Shown: positions 52,201 through 59,300 of the stretch, one piece after another
Layout: every line of letters begins with the position of its first letter
Position numbering within the stretch: position 1 is the first letter of the stretch
From: Zootoca vivipara
Taxonomy: Eukaryota
Direction of reading: 5' to 3'
Length of the DNA stretch: 64,000 nucleotides
Assembly: GCF_963506605.1 (NCBI RefSeq)
Contig: NC_083276.1
Span: 124,558,001-124,622,000 of the forward strand
Position numbers and translations under genes: made by a program
The notes under the pieces: generated by a model
The model's input: only the letters and a program-made list of their open reading frames with translations
Databases searched by the model: none
Told to the model about the DNA's origin: nothing

Positions 52201-55200
52201 ACAGCCTCCACTTTGCCCTTTTCCCAGCTGTTTTCTTCCAAAGCAGGAGGAAAGCTGACTGGGCAAACGCGGGCAGCCTTGTGCAGAACCAGACAGCTTT
52301 TTATTTCAGTTTTACAACTTATGAATTCCATTTTGCACATGAATTTTCCCAGAGAAGTGGTATAGTGTTCATTGCCACAGAAAGATAATAAGAATACATA
52401 GCATTTATATAGAACATGAACGAGTGTAGTCCACTTTGCATATATTGTTTCTCTAATTTTTGCAGGATTCCTGCAGTATTATTCCTTTTTGGTATATGGG
52501 AATCTGGCTTTTTGGTATATGGGAATCTGGCTTTCATAGTTGAAGGAAAATTTTATTTAAAAAACCCAGAAACATTTATTCAAAAGTTACAATACAGTTA
52601 CAATACAATACATTTCCAATCAATATATTGGGAAGATTCAAAAGCTGGTACAGTATTTGTTGGTTTCTTATCCAAAGCTCTCATTCTTAGCCAATACAAT
52701 GCATCAGCTTTCGTAGCTACTGTTATTTTTCCATTACAGGGATGTCCACTCTACCTACTTCTAAAAATGAAAGTAGCATCATTGACTTTAATACTTTCTG
52801 GTTTTAGACTGGGGAAAGTATTACAAGATAAGGACTGCAGTCCTAAGCATACAAGTAGGTCATATCACACTGGGTACAAATTCTCGATATTCTATCCATA
52901 ATATTTGGCTCATCTCCTCATGCTTCAGTCCCCAAAATGTAATACAAAGTTACAACCTGCTTTTCATTAACAGAACGTCAAAACAGATATTGTTATGGAT
53001 ATTGGATGCAGCATCAATCCAGCAATGGATATAGGTCAGGTAAGTCCTGAGAATTTCTTCATTGTGCTATGAGGTACTAAATTCACTTCAATTAGAATCA
53101 TAAGATTTGGAAGGAGATTTGGAAGATACAAAACCCAACAATACAGTAATTCACTGAACACGGGGTTGGACCTCCTTCCAACTCTTATGATAGAAATGGT
53201 TAATTAAAACATAGCATCTTGCAAAAATGCCCCACCCATTTCAGCTTTGTTAGATGGTGAAATTTAAGGGAAGGAAAGCAAAGAATTGAAATATTTGTGA
53301 AAGGGCAGCATTATTCATAGTATTCTGAAAGTCTAATTACAATATTAATTGTAAGGTGTCTCGTTGTCCTTCAGAAGTTATATCTTTATGCTTACTTTCA
53401 TGGTTCATTTGTTCAATTTTAATAATTATAATTTTAAAGCTAGCATCGCCTTCAGACAATGTAATGAGAACTGGTATGTATTAATTTAACAAAACAAAGT
53501 ATGTGGAAATCTCACTATAAGCTATACTTCCTCTTGGCAGATTGAAGGTGCCTTTGTCCAGGGCCTTGGACTTTACACAACAGAGGAACTCAAATATTCC
53601 CCAGAGGGGGTCCTCTACACACGGGGCCCAGATCAGTATAAAATCCCTGCTGTTTGTGACATTCCAGAACAGATCAGTGTCTCCTTGTTGGCATCTTCCC
53701 AAAACCCAAGAGCAATCTACTCATCCAAGGTAAGAAGATTGAAATCCAAGGTGCAGTTCTTCCCTCTCTCTCCTGTTAAACCTAAGTGACCCATATTACT
53801 GAAGGAAAACTGCAGACTTTGAGGGCGGGATGGAAATGATATGAGAGAATAAGTTGTTTTCACTATGAATATCTTGTTACAGTATTATTAATCATGCGGC
53901 AATAATCCACCCCACAGTCATTCAGGCATAAGTGCAATTGAAATAAACAGTGATTAAATGTGCTTAACAGCGGTTGGGTTTTTCCCCACATGGATATAAT
54001 GTCAGGAATGTTTCATTCAGTTTTGTGACATGTCATTGAGCAAGTTGTCTCCCCTAAGACTGAAATCCTCAACTTCACATTGGAATATTGATTGCAGACC
54101 ACAGTGTAGCAGAGCCAAAAGAAAAATACATGACATAAATACATGTTTCACTGTAGCATGTCCTCCTAACGGGAGAAGAGCAATCAACTTTGAGGCATTC
54201 CAAGCCCTTTTTGGAGGCATGATAGCAGAACAGGCTATCAAACAATCAGAAATAAGGATTGCAATTTTTACAGTGGCCTAGCCTTCTCTCTTAACTACCC
54301 AGCGAGGCACTGGTAGCTGGAAAAACTCTGCCAACTAGCTGAAAACAATCAGAGCACAGTTATCTACCGGTACTTGCAGCCAAACAGAACACAAGTTATG
54401 TCAAACTTCTAGCAAAACAAGGCCAAAAAGCCTAATGGGGGATTAGACCAGTTACGCAGCTTGACGGAATGTGACTATAAAGCCTAAATTATCCCTTGCA
54501 GACCACACACACAAGTGTTATTATCTGTAGCTCTGCTGGCTGCTTGGTTATTGGCATCCATCTGTTTTGAGAGACAATAGAGTGCACCTCCAGGGGTGAA
54601 TTTAAACCACTGTGTTAGCAGCACCAAATTGACCTCCCTGTAGCACAGACCTGGGAAGTATGTATGGAGGTCCTAGGCTGCCCAGATGACAAGAGCCTCC
54701 CCCTTTGGCCTCACTGATGTGTTCCACAGCAAAGTAGAGCAATGAATTTTGTACCAGCTTGACTTGACTGCAGGAGTTGCCGGAAAGAGGCATACTGTAC
54801 ATCCAACTGTTTTAGGGGCTCCACTCTGGATTTGTGCAGGGTTTACTCCTTAGCCTTTTCTTCTTCCAAAGATATCCCACATAGCATCTTGAGGTCTAGG
54901 ATCAGTGTTTTCCTTCTCCTAGATGGGCTCCATTTCCAAGTTGGTGAGCCCCATCTGCCCCTGGGAAAGCACTAATATCAGGTGACACCAATTGTGTCCA
55001 TCCACATCTTGATCTCAGTGGGCTGAAGCTCAAAAGGGCTTTTCACCTTTGGCCTTTTAGATGTAAAAACTGTGGCATGTAAAATGAAACATGTCATTCC
55101 AGGGAACTGGACAGATTTTGCATCTTAGGATAAACACAGAGGAGGGGGAGCTATATAGTGGCAACCCAAGCTCAGCTGAGATGGGCAGAATAATAACAGT

Positions 55201-56655
55201 CAGCCAGCTGCATGGGTAATTTGCTCTTCCCACTACCCTCAACTCTCCAGCACCCGTGATAGGCCGCAGTTGCGGCTGCCACCATTTTGGAATATGGTGA
55301 GCAATCTTTGTCAACCAACTAGGACACAACAAAAATATGTTCTTAAATGGCAGTGCGTTGCTAGCAGAAAGGTGTGGCCTCACATTGTTTTCATTTTGGT
55401 TAGTCTTTAAAAAGCTGCATGTGTACACTTGTGGATATAAACTCATGCTTTCAATTTTTTTTTAAAAAAAGCAACCACTCAGAATAGGTTAAAAACCTTT
55501 CTAAAATAACTCAGAGTTTGCAGTCACCATTCTCAGAACCCTTGAGGTTCTGAGACCCTTGTTAGAGGTACTGCTGTCTCCTTTTCCACAGCTCCACAGA
55601 TGAGCAACAGGTGGGCACTGTTGCAGTTGTGACACTGTGGACATTAATGAGCCACCCAGTACTGATTTGAGGAGTGCTGTTACTTCTGCTACCATCACTG
55701 CCCTTCCTCCTTCTCAGTAAGTCAGAGCCACCTACCACCCTTGGAGCTTAGTGGGAAATAAGTGGAAGGACAGAGAATGAGACTGGAACATCCACTCATC
55801 ACATACTGAATCAGGAAGCCCACTAGTGGCCCCATCGTGAAGGGTCCCTCAAGCTTGGAGCTGGCCCTGAGCACAGGGAGGGCAAGAAGTGTATTATTCA
55901 TCATGGGTGTTATGCAGTAGGTTCTTGTGGCTTCTCACATCAGCCACATGAAGGTGCTGGCTCATGTGAGGTCTGCCTGCACAAAGGCTGAAGCCACCAA
56001 GCTCTTAAGAGTGTTTCAGATGCTGGGTCTTGTTCCCACACTGAGAAAACAAAACTCATTTCATGTACAGACAGAGATGCTCCCTGAAAGGTTCTTGATG
56101 TGAAATACTTGCTAATGCCTCAAGATGATTTCATTGCTTTTGTCTCTGCTTTTGGCAGGGCCTTGGTGAAGCGGCACTTTTCTTGGGGAGCTCTGTTTTC
56201 TTTGCAATATGGGATGCAGTGGCTGCTGCCAGGAAGGAAAGGGGATTGCCAGCAGACTTTGTGTTGAACAGCCCCTTGACTCCTGAACGAGTGCGAATGG
56301 CGTGTGATGACCAATTTACTGAGATGGTAAAGATTTTGAATGCATCTGGTGCCTAATTCTTCTTTCTCTTGCGACTGTCAGGATGAGGAATAGGTTACTC
56401 TTAAATTAAAAATCAGGGTGTAGCGTCTTCTGGTCTGTCCTTAATGGCACCTTAAATCTTTTGTGCCTCCAGTGACTTCCTCTCGTTGCCTTCAGGTATT
56501 GTTGAATCAGTTTCACAGAAATCCAAACTGATTTAGCAGCAAGCCGTAGCAATGACTCTTCGAGACTGATCGTTCCGTTTACTATTTATTCATTTTTCTA
56601 GATCCCAAAGGATGAAAAAACTAAGTCCACTGTTTCATGGGACATCTCCCTTTGA
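3203..56655 (+). CDS. AOX1: Aldehyde oxidase (molybdo-flavoenzyme), complete 35-exon gene, 1348 aa
   Basis: 35 exons spliced by hand (listed individually) sum to 4047 nt in one open frame. 2Fe-2S motifs [15 protein letters not shown] and CRC; FAD domain QIRNVASFGGN; Moco domain [20 protein letters not shown] and catalytic Glu in SSKGLGE. XDH-diagnostic Glu802/Arg880 (bovine numbering) are absent (GGAFGGKL; SEVMLLK), so this is AOX and not XDH. AOX1 orthology is inferred from similarity and its position upstream of the paralog. Confidence 0.93.
3787..4162 (+). mobile_element. Solo LTR in intron 1
   Basis: TG...CA ends; 5-bp TSD CCACC; repeated CCAAT/ATTGG boxes; TATATAA at about 4052; AATAAA at 4120. 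Confidence 0.88.
4337..4395. repeat. 20-bp tandem repeat, 3 copies (ATCCCAGATTTTTGGACTAC)
   Basis: Directly visible. Confidence 0.9.
5130..5187 (+). CDS. AOX1: AOX exon 2 ([19 protein letters not shown])
   Basis: cag acceptor; U12 donor GTATCCTTT at 5188. Confidence 0.93.
5188..8406 (+). other. U12-type (minor spliceosome) GT-AG intron 2
   Basis: 5'ss GTATCCTTT; branch TCCTTAAC at 8385-8392, 14 nt before the end of the intron. Confidence 0.92.
7393..8128 (+). mobile_element. 5'-truncated BovB LINE in U12 intron 2
   Basis: RT C-terminal remnant; (CAA)n tail; 11-bp TSD ACCTTTTAATG. Confidence 0.93.
8407..8503 (+). CDS. AOX1: AOX exon 3 ([32 protein letters not shown])
   Basis: 2Fe-2S motif; U12 branch TCCTTAAC upstream; U12 donor at 8504. 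Confidence 0.95.
8504..8993 (+). other. U12-type GT-AG intron 3
   Basis: 5'ss GTATCCTTT; branch-like TTCTCCTTTAC at 8975-8985 close to the AAG 3'ss, with no polypyrimidine tract between them. Confidence 0.85.
8994..9102 (+). CDS. AOX1: AOX exon 4 ([14 protein letters not shown]...RIHPVQ)
   Basis: aag acceptor; gtaaat donor; frame continuous. Confidence 0.93.
10440..10566 (+). CDS. AOX1: AOX exon 5 ([21 protein letters not shown]...)
   Basis: QCGFCTPG motif; GT-AG. Confidence 0.95.
10844..10905 (+). CDS. AOX1: AOX exon 6 ([21 protein letters not shown])
   Basis: [12 protein letters not shown] motif; GT-AG. Confidence 0.95.
10910..10981. repeat. (GT)n(GA)n compound microsatellite at the exon 6 donor
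   Basis: Directly visible. Confidence 0.95.
11062..11230 (+). mobile_element. tRNA-derived SINE (Squam3-like)
   Basis: A-box TAGCTTAGTGG and B-box GGTTCAATCC; degenerate; related copies on the - strand at about 22790-22962 and 47100-47250. Confidence 0.65.
11468..11618. mobile_element. hAT MITE
   Basis: TIR CAGGGCCG/CGGCCCTG; perfect 8-bp TSD CCCAGCAT; CpG-rich. Confidence 0.88.
12039..12125 (+). CDS. AOX1: AOX exon 7 ([17 protein letters not shown]... linker)
   Basis: CC..CC linker typical of AOX/XDH; GT-AG, phase 0. Confidence 0.88.
12697..12800. mobile_element. Tc1/mariner-pogo-type MITE (CCGTGTTT family)
   Basis: TA TSD; TIR CCGTGTTT..AAACA(T/C)GG; same family at 27356 and 63747. Confidence 0.8.
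13075..13155 (+). CDS. AOX1: AOX exon 8 ([27 protein letters not shown])
   Basis: [12 protein letters not shown] motif. Confidence 0.94.
13765..14145. mobile_element. hAT-like MITE with internal CTTCCGG repeats
   Basis: Ends CATACCTTCCAAC / CTTGGCAGCTATG; 8-bp TSD ccaagata/ccaagatg. Confidence 0.75.
14545..14689 (+). CDS. AOX1: AOX exon 9 (KMAEDQ...[10 protein letters not shown])
   Basis: FAD-domain LVVGNT motif; GT-AG. Confidence 0.94.
14740..15386 (+). mobile_element. Internally deleted hAT (Buster/Charlie-like) element
   Basis: TIR CAGTGGTTCCCAACA / TGTTGGGAACCCCTG; perfect 8-bp TSD AGCTATTG; transposase-like start MDRWLKSG at 15178. Confidence 0.87.
15598..16004 (+). repeat. 5' LTR of Copia element
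   Basis: TGTTGAAGT...ACTTCAATA; internal 54-bp tandem duplication 15686-15793; AATAAA at 15908. Confidence 0.96.
16219..20223 (+). CDS. Copia gag-pol polyprotein (1334 aa from the first ATG)
   Basis: Zn knuckle [14 protein letters not shown]; protease [10 protein letters not shown]; integrase HHCC plus D(HADVCGP), D(SDRGGEF), E(NGIAER) placed before RT (Copia order); RT FVDD; RNase H TDSDW/EAEY/DNQ/ADIMTK. Confidence 0.96.
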   Translation: MQHPAALSFERLNNHNYLLWSQRIQATLQREGLWNAVSKPPSKPDADHLERDERARATIVLAIDDMQLPHVRECSSAKAVWVALRNLHVRETAGSKLSIRKSLYKSLLQPGVSMQDHLHELQMKFVALLERGCNLPEEEKVCIILSSLPDSWDNLVLSLESMRERDLTLDYVTGRLLEEWQKRVCRQSKTSSVLTGSRSVKNASSSEVKLVSQRSSEAVSEESAFAVRRCYRCGSSKHLRKACPEVAGSEDQRSRQQKKRGKSKQTVQYVAAVVKCPEDEKSIEWVVDSGSSRHLVTSEALFSKKLPNPRKQVVLADGRKSEVKSAGSVFVPSLRTQLDNVLCVPSLQSNLMSISCLMQSGFCVQFNDNCCEIQKDGKTLGRALPEGGVFVLKDNDRVEDSVLASGVLQQNCKNKALHQHCLHLWHRRLGHSNWRSVIKMPKLSDGCELQSCDKFLDCNVCKQVKCHRGPYPSSQRVSEKPFQLVHADVCGPFKPSRGNSCYALAIIDDATRFCWVYMLKHKGEVFSKFKSWVAYVERQFSCKVQKLQSDRGGEFLSNAFQSWLARRGIGHRKTNPHSPEENGIAERKNRALQEMMQSMLADSGLSFGYWGEAILNACYIQNRLFHSSIRTTPYFKLFGKKPKVDHLRVFGVQAWVHVPKAQRRKGDAKAQQLIFVGYQDQGKGWRFAVGNNGIIVSRNANFCEHSGWEKIHANTEVWLQCSKSFSGNKEQPEIVSSEGDDEKPEMFPNSEARQISSTSKGVSSEREQVSEGDDSAEKSDLTPRRSERRNKGVPSDRYSPGVSHVCHVAVEPQSYNEVFKLPEEQVLCWKEAMQEEMNSLQEHKVFTSMPLPKGAKVVGSRWVYKLKPLATGGFKYKARLVAQGFSQRPGVDFDEVFAPTARSESMRLLLAIAAKHKLVASHFDIQTAYLNAGLTEELYLAEPQGFETRPGNVYKLHKALYGLKQSARNWNRCLDDTLVKLGFKHCVADNCLYIRGSGNNIEFCLIFVDDLLYVAKSNKLVNEFYTQLAKRFKVKNLGTVKNYLGVEMCQAVDGSYLLCQSNKIKQLLVKFGMQDCKGAKTPMETGFVKDLNTEQSQEFESPELYQSAIGSLMYLAQWSRPDISYAVGILSRQVAKPTINAWKAVKRVLRYLKHTVDSTLRMSSTGEEVLQCYTDSDWGNLPDRKSVTGIVIMFGKSLVGWKSRKQSLVSMSSTEAEYAALSELCNEIVFYKQFLLDLGFENVCPVKVFVDNQACITLSGTEQFKSKSKHIHLKYQNVRFNVQNNTIVCEYVQSSENVADIMTKPLSFVNWNMLCQSMGLEIKVGDNTLSMLKD
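20250..20656 (+). repeat. 3' LTR of Copia element
   Basis: Identical to the 5' LTR except at 20433-20434. Confidence 0.96.
21037..21129 (+). CDS. AOX1: AOX exon 10 ([17 protein letters not shown]...)
   Basis: homology; GT-AG. Confidence 0.93.
21300..21451 (+). CDS. AOX1: AOX exon 11 ([10 protein letters not shown]...GGQQIRNVA)
   Basis: QIRNVA motif; donor gtatgt. Confidence 0.94.
21609..21702 (+). CDS. AOX1: AOX exon 12 ([19 protein letters not shown]...)
   Basis: GGNI..SD.NP motif. Confidence 0.94.
22122..22341. mobile_element. Tigger/pogo-like MITE
   Basis: TA|CAGTGG...CCACTG|TA. Confidence 0.8.
23275..23384 (+). CDS. AOX1: AOX exon 13 ([12 protein letters not shown]...KIPHSRK)
   Basis: [11 protein letters not shown] motif; GT-AG. 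Confidence 0.93.
23950..24134 (+). CDS. AOX1: AOX exon 14 ([17 protein letters not shown]...)
   Basis: AOX-type RQA.RRENA motif. Confidence 0.94.
25016..25497 (-). mobile_element. Solo LTR in intron 14
   Basis: TGT...ACA ends; TSD tgttc/ggttc (1 mismatch); minus-strand AATAAA at about 25082. Confidence 0.72.
26060..26222 (+). CDS. AOX1: AOX exon 15 ([11 protein letters not shown]...[12 protein letters not shown]...)
   Basis: APGG.VEYRRTL motif. Confidence 0.94.
26747..28885 (-). mobile_element. Degenerate 5'-truncated Copia element (RT/RNase H remnants plus 3' LTR 26747-27144)
   Basis: Minus-strand fragments [24 protein letters not shown] and ADLLSK broken by frameshifts; PPT AAAGGGGGAGGA next to LTR TGTTAGG...CCCAACA; left internal boundary approximate. 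Confidence 0.9.
27356..27474. mobile_element. Tc1/mariner-pogo-type MITE nested in the decayed Copia
   Basis: TIR CCGTGTTTCTCC/GGAGAAACACGG; TA TSD. Confidence 0.87.
29330..29422 (+). CDS. AOX1: AOX exon 16 ([16 protein letters not shown]...KYQ)
   Basis: linker 2; GT-AG, phase 0. Confidence 0.9.
30027..30196 (+). CDS. AOX1: AOX exon 17 ([18 protein letters not shown]...HAKI)
   Basis: [12 protein letters not shown] motif. Confidence 0.94.
30247..30292. repeat. (GT)n microsatellite
   Basis: Directly visible. Confidence 0.95.
30329..30612 (+). mobile_element. Bipartite BovB derivative (5'UTR fused to 3' end; Bov-A-like)
   Basis: 5' part resembles the BovB 5'UTR (..gcagggccacccaagatgga..gatccacctggagaagga..); 3' part is catggggtcacggagagtc..(CAA)n; 9-bp TSD TGCCACCTG. 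Confidence 0.75.
31014..31140 (+). CDS. AOX1: AOX exon 18 ([15 protein letters not shown]...FAREK)
   Basis: homology; GT-AG. Confidence 0.92.
32140..32262 (+). CDS. AOX1: AOX exon 19 ([14 protein letters not shown]...ILTIE)
   Basis: homology; GT-AG. Confidence 0.94.
32490..32645. mobile_element. Decayed Penelope-like remnant with inverted ends
   Basis: gagtcttgtggcactttaaga..cc and gg..aatctttcaggtgtcacaatactc form imperfect inverted arms resembling the 35639 element. Confidence 0.5.
32831..32927 (+). CDS. AOX1: AOX exon 20 ([24 protein letters not shown]...)
   Basis: homology; GT-AG. Confidence 0.94.
33580..33701 (+). CDS. AOX1: AOX exon 21 ([17 protein letters not shown]...STQHPAFVQ)
   Basis: [10 protein letters not shown] Moco motif. 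Confidence 0.95.
35056..35189 (+). CDS. AOX1: AOX exon 22 (EMVASCLG...[14 protein letters not shown]...)
   Basis: GGAFGGK motif. Confidence 0.95.
35194..35249. repeat. (GT)n microsatellite at the exon 22 donor
   Basis: Directly visible. Confidence 0.95.
35368..35613 (+). mobile_element. Sauria SINE (5'-truncated)
   Basis: Typical body (gcaagtagataaataggtaccgc...ggtcaggggtccctttacctt); 13-bp TSD TTGAAACACAGTC. Confidence 0.85.
35639..35728 (+). mobile_element. Short Penelope-like fragment carrying a minimal hammerhead motif
   Basis: CTGAAGA-a-GTGTG(CATG)CACAC-GAAA-GCTC; 12-bp TSD AACAAGCTTTTA. Confidence 0.75.
36641..37325 (-). mobile_element. Rex1/Babar-like LINE 3' fragment
   Basis: Minus-strand [37 protein letters not shown]; (CTATT)n tail at 36641-36675. 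Confidence 0.78.
38132..38267. mobile_element. 136-bp hAT MITE
   Basis: TIR AGGCATCCCCAAAC; perfect TSD TTCTAGAT. Confidence 0.88.
38457..38613. other. Assembly gap (157 N) in intron 22
   Basis: Run of N. Confidence 0.99.
38853..38940 (+). CDS. AOX1: AOX exon 23 ([23 protein letters not shown]...)
   Basis: [10 protein letters not shown] motif. Confidence 0.95.
39300..39872 (-). mobile_element. L2-clade LINE 3' fragment with (TAA)n tail
   Basis: [34 protein letters not shown]. Confidence 0.82.
40651..40737 (+). CDS. AOX1: AOX exon 24 ([13 protein letters not shown]...TDDSVL)
   Basis: homology; GT-AG. Confidence 0.94.
41527..41645 (-). mobile_element. Short L2 3' end with microsatellite tail
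   Basis: Same 3'UTR motif (ccagccactctgggcggct) as the 39300 copy. Confidence 0.65.
42276..42467 (+). CDS. AOX1: AOX exon 25 (VSEVMLLK...[11 protein letters not shown]...PEQ)
   Basis: AFRGFG motif. Confidence 0.94.
43287..43514 (+). CDS. AOX1: AOX exon 26 (IREINMYKE...[10 protein letters not shown]...GQ)
   Basis: homology; GT-AG. Confidence 0.94.
44836..44931 (+). CDS. AOX1: AOX exon 27 ([13 protein letters not shown]...[12 protein letters not shown])
   Basis: EMGQG motif. Confidence 0.95.
45228..45401. mobile_element. Tigger/pogo-like MITE
   Basis: TA|CAGTGGACC...GGTCCACTG|TA. Confidence 0.8.
45920..46265 (+). mobile_element. L2-clade LINE 3' fragment with (TTA)n tail
   Basis: [25 protein letters not shown]; inverted relative to the 39300 copy. 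Confidence 0.82.
46458..46586 (+). CDS. AOX1: AOX exon 28 (VASRELKMP...TVPN...NGMAVK)
   Basis: homology; GT-AG. Confidence 0.94.
46925..47058 (-). mobile_element. tRNA-derived SINE with CR1-like tail
   Basis: Minus strand begins ggatggctcagtcggtagagcatgagg (tRNA-like head) and ends in an attct-type tail. Confidence 0.65.
47568..47642 (+). CDS. AOX1: AOX exon 29 ([25 protein letters not shown])
   Basis: homology; GT-AG. Confidence 0.94.
47651..47758 (-). mobile_element. BovB extreme 3' end inserted 8 nt into intron 29
   Basis: Nearly identical to positions 1-89; TSD AGAGT. Confidence 0.85.
49245..49380. mobile_element. 136-bp hAT MITE, same family as 38132 in opposite orientation
   Basis: TIR CAGGCATCCCCAAACT; perfect TSD ACCTAATT. 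Confidence 0.88.
49545..49597 (+). CDS. AOX1: AOX exon 30 ([17 protein letters not shown])
   Basis: LSA.GYF motif. Confidence 0.93.
50055..50689 (+). mobile_element. Penelope/retrozyme-like non-coding insertion with a perfect 136-bp inverted repeat and hammerhead core
   Basis: 15-bp TSD TGCGTACCACATGGA (50040-50054/50690-50704); arms at 50054-50189 and 50482-50617. Confidence 0.8.
50345..50423 (+). ncRNA. Type I hammerhead ribozyme motif
   Basis: CUGAAGA(a) at 50358-50365; stem II GCCCG/UGGGC; GAAA at 50381; stem III ACAGGC/GCCUGU; GUC cleavage triplet at 50409-50411; stem I is weak. Confidence 0.7.
51766..51880 (+). CDS. AOX1: AOX exon 31 ([13 protein letters not shown]...[12 protein letters not shown])
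   Basis: [11 protein letters not shown] motif. Confidence 0.95.
52974..53039 (+). CDS. AOX1: AOX exon 32 ([22 protein letters not shown])
   Basis: NPA.DIGQ motif. Confidence 0.95.
53541..53729 (+). CDS. AOX1: AOX exon 33 ([13 protein letters not shown]...AIYSSK)
   Basis: IEGAFVQG and YKIP motifs. Confidence 0.95.
54530..54960 (-). mobile_element. RTE-like 5'UTR remnant
   Basis: Minus-strand motif cccatctaggagaaggaaaacactga, recalled from RTE-clade 5' ends; boundaries approximate. Confidence 0.4.
56159..56326 (+). CDS. AOX1: AOX exon 34 ([10 protein letters not shown]...[12 protein letters not shown]...)
   Basis: catalytic Glu in GLGE. Confidence 0.95.
56602..56655 (+). CDS. AOX1: AOX exon 35, coding part ([17 protein letters not shown])
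   Basis: tag acceptor; IP.D...W C-terminus; TGA at 56653-56655. Confidence 0.88.
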   Translation: MPKDEKTKSTVSWDISL

Positions 56656-57457
56656 AGAAGAACCAGGAATGTGCAGAAAGTGCCATGAAGTGCTAACTGC
56701 TTCAAGTCAACATCTTCCAGTGCTTTATCAACAAATGCATTTCATTTTAGTTCAGTAGTTGCTTTCTTGTGGGGAATTATATTGCAGGCTTCATATTCGT
56801 TTACATGAGAGTCTCCTACCATTTTCACACTTTTTGGTACTAGGCAGCTACAGTTAAAGGCCTAACCATTTGGTGGTTGTTTTTATCTGCCTTGCTAGGT
56901 TCCTAGTGCTAACGTACTCCATCTCTTTCCTGGAGCCCCCTTCAGCAGTTCCATGGGTCTCCTGCCTCCCTAACCCATTTGCCTGTCTACTCTCCCTCCT
57001 CTCCCAGGGTCCTATTTCACCATCCCCTCCTTTTTTCTAGCTAATAAGTTTCCTACAACCTCTAGCCACCTTTCCATCAGTCTTCTGCCTCTTTCACACC
57101 TCTTTCCCTCAGTTTTGAAGGTATTACTAAATGTCACAGAAAAACATGTGCTGACTACTAGACACAGCAATCATGTACAGTTTCCCCAACTTCAGGCAAT
57201 ATCTAATTCAGCCTTCCCTGACATAGTGAGCCTGAGATGCTTTGGAGTACATCTCCCATCACTCCTGACCATTGGCTGTAATGGCTGGAGCTGAAGGGAC
57301 TTGGGTTGGCGAAGGCTGATGGTAGCCGAACTTGCCTTGCATCCTCCTCATCTCATTATGCTGTGTGTTTCCTTGTTCCCACATGCCAGGATTGGCTGCC
57401 ACTAAGCACCTGCCTACTTTGATACATTTTATTTACTTTGAACAAGGTCTGTGGTAA

Positions 57458-57713
57458 AATAAATCTTGAGCTGGTTTTGGCTTTAGGAAATCTACTGTGT
57501 AGTGGTTTGCATGATAGATTGCGTGGGGCATCAGACAACATCCTCAGGGTGTGAGACAGCATTGCTTAATGACTGCTGACTGTTAAAAGGTACAAGGTGC
57601 CAGGAAGAGTCCCTTTGTGCATCTTAGCCGTCTGGTGCATGCATTATCTCCTGTGATGGTTGTGTTGTGTAAGATAAGCTGTATTTCCAGAATATCAAGC
57701 ACTAGGCAATAAA
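57458..57713 (+). terminator. Candidate poly(A) signals of the AOX gene
   Basis: AATAAA at 57458 and 57708 downstream of the stop; which one is used is unknown. Confidence 0.4.
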
Positions 57714-58899
57714 AACCATGCACATTAAAAGATGCATATTCCACTTCCTAAGGCTAGCACACAGGTTATTTCTTGAAAGGCAAAGGAAATAATTTGAGGA
57801 GTGATCTGTTGTTTGATTATGTGGTTTGTTATCATACCTTTTTTAACTATAGCATGGGTTAAAATTGATTAAGTATGCAGGTGCACGAGTAATGAAGCCT
57901 GCAAGTAATATTGCTTCACACTTACCTTGTTACTCTCGTGTGTAGCTTTGCCAGGAAGACTGAATCACTTGGCTTGCACTTTACCGCACTTTAATTTATT
58001 TTCAGAAGTTTCTCAACAAGTTGAATTAGAGATGTGCAATATAATTTTTTTAAAAAAAAAAATCCCTGCCGTGCTCATGGGTGATAGAATGGCAAAGAAT
58101 TTAATGGGAGGAAGAGGAAGAAGACTCTAGTTGCACTCATTCCAGCTAAGGGAATGGCAGTTACTAGGATTCCCAGAGATCCAGGATTGGTACCCCTCCA
58201 AATGTTATTGGACTCCAAATGCCCCCATACCATATGGTTGGAAGTCCAACCATATCTTGGAGACCCCACGTTCTCCATCTCTGCTGACACTCACAGTCCT
58301 TGTCCTCACATTCTTTTTCCTGGTGAAACTTCAGGCCTGGGTTTTGCATTTCACTTAACCAATGCTGTGTATGTGCAATTGCACCTACACCGTTGCATGC
58401 ACCTTGGATCAATATGAAAATGGCAGCGTTGTGAGTTTTCCCCTCCGTGCCATCTGGTACAACTTGTCCTGTATTTTGATGTGCCTTTCCTTGCTTCACA
58501 GGATTGGCTGGTGTGGGCCGCCAGGAAGCACACAGTGTAACGATGCGAGGACGTTGGGCAAATTGTGCTATGTATGATAAAGCTGGAGGAAAGATTCTAT
58601 GATTGGTGGCACCTCCCTTTTTTTGTTTGTTCACCCAAAGCAGAACTAAATCTTACAGAGGGCTTCTGGGCGGGGACTTAATGTTGTAAATAGGTTGTTC
58701 AGAAATCACAGTTGGGTTGTTGTCAACAGTTTTGGATTTTTTTAAATAGGGAGGCCCCTCCCCCCAGAAGGGTAAATGCAGGTTAAAGGGGGAAGAATAT
58801 ACAGTCTAGCATTTTGATGCCAATGACATTGTGCAAAAAACTGCACAAGGAACACCCATCAATAAGTACCTGTCTGAAAGCAGCCTAAGTGCACAAGTG

Positions 58900-59300
58900 C
58901 TGTGATATAATTTCACACCTTTTTGAAACTTGTTTAGAAGAGCAGGAAAAACTGGTGATGCACAGGATGAGAGTTGGAGAAGGTTCAGAAAAGGCAATCA
59001 GAATGATCAAGGAACTGCAGCAACTTTCCTTTGAGGAAAGCATTTTGGACTTTTTCGTTTAGAGAGAAGGCAAGTAAGTAGTGACATGATAGAATTTTAT
59101 AAAACTAGGCGTGGCATGGAGAAATTGGATTGATAAAATATTTTCTCCCTCATAACACTAGAAGTCATGGACATTCAACGATGTTCATTGAAGTACCTCA
59201 CGCATAGTTAAACTCTGGAACTCACTCCCGTAAAAGGCAGTGATAGCCACCAACTTGGAAACCTTTAAAAGAGGATTGAACAAATGGAGAATAGACTTGT
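58900..59300 (+). mobile_element. Old CR1 LINE 3' fragment
   Basis: Degenerate LEKVQKRA..MIKEL..FSLEKR-like and vklWNSLP-like motifs. Confidence 0.6.

Noticed and set aside
3203-56655. Xanthine dehydrogenase (XDH) or pseudogene assignment
   Set aside because: XDH-specific Glu802/Arg880 and the REDDIA motif are absent. All 35 exons join in frame without stops.
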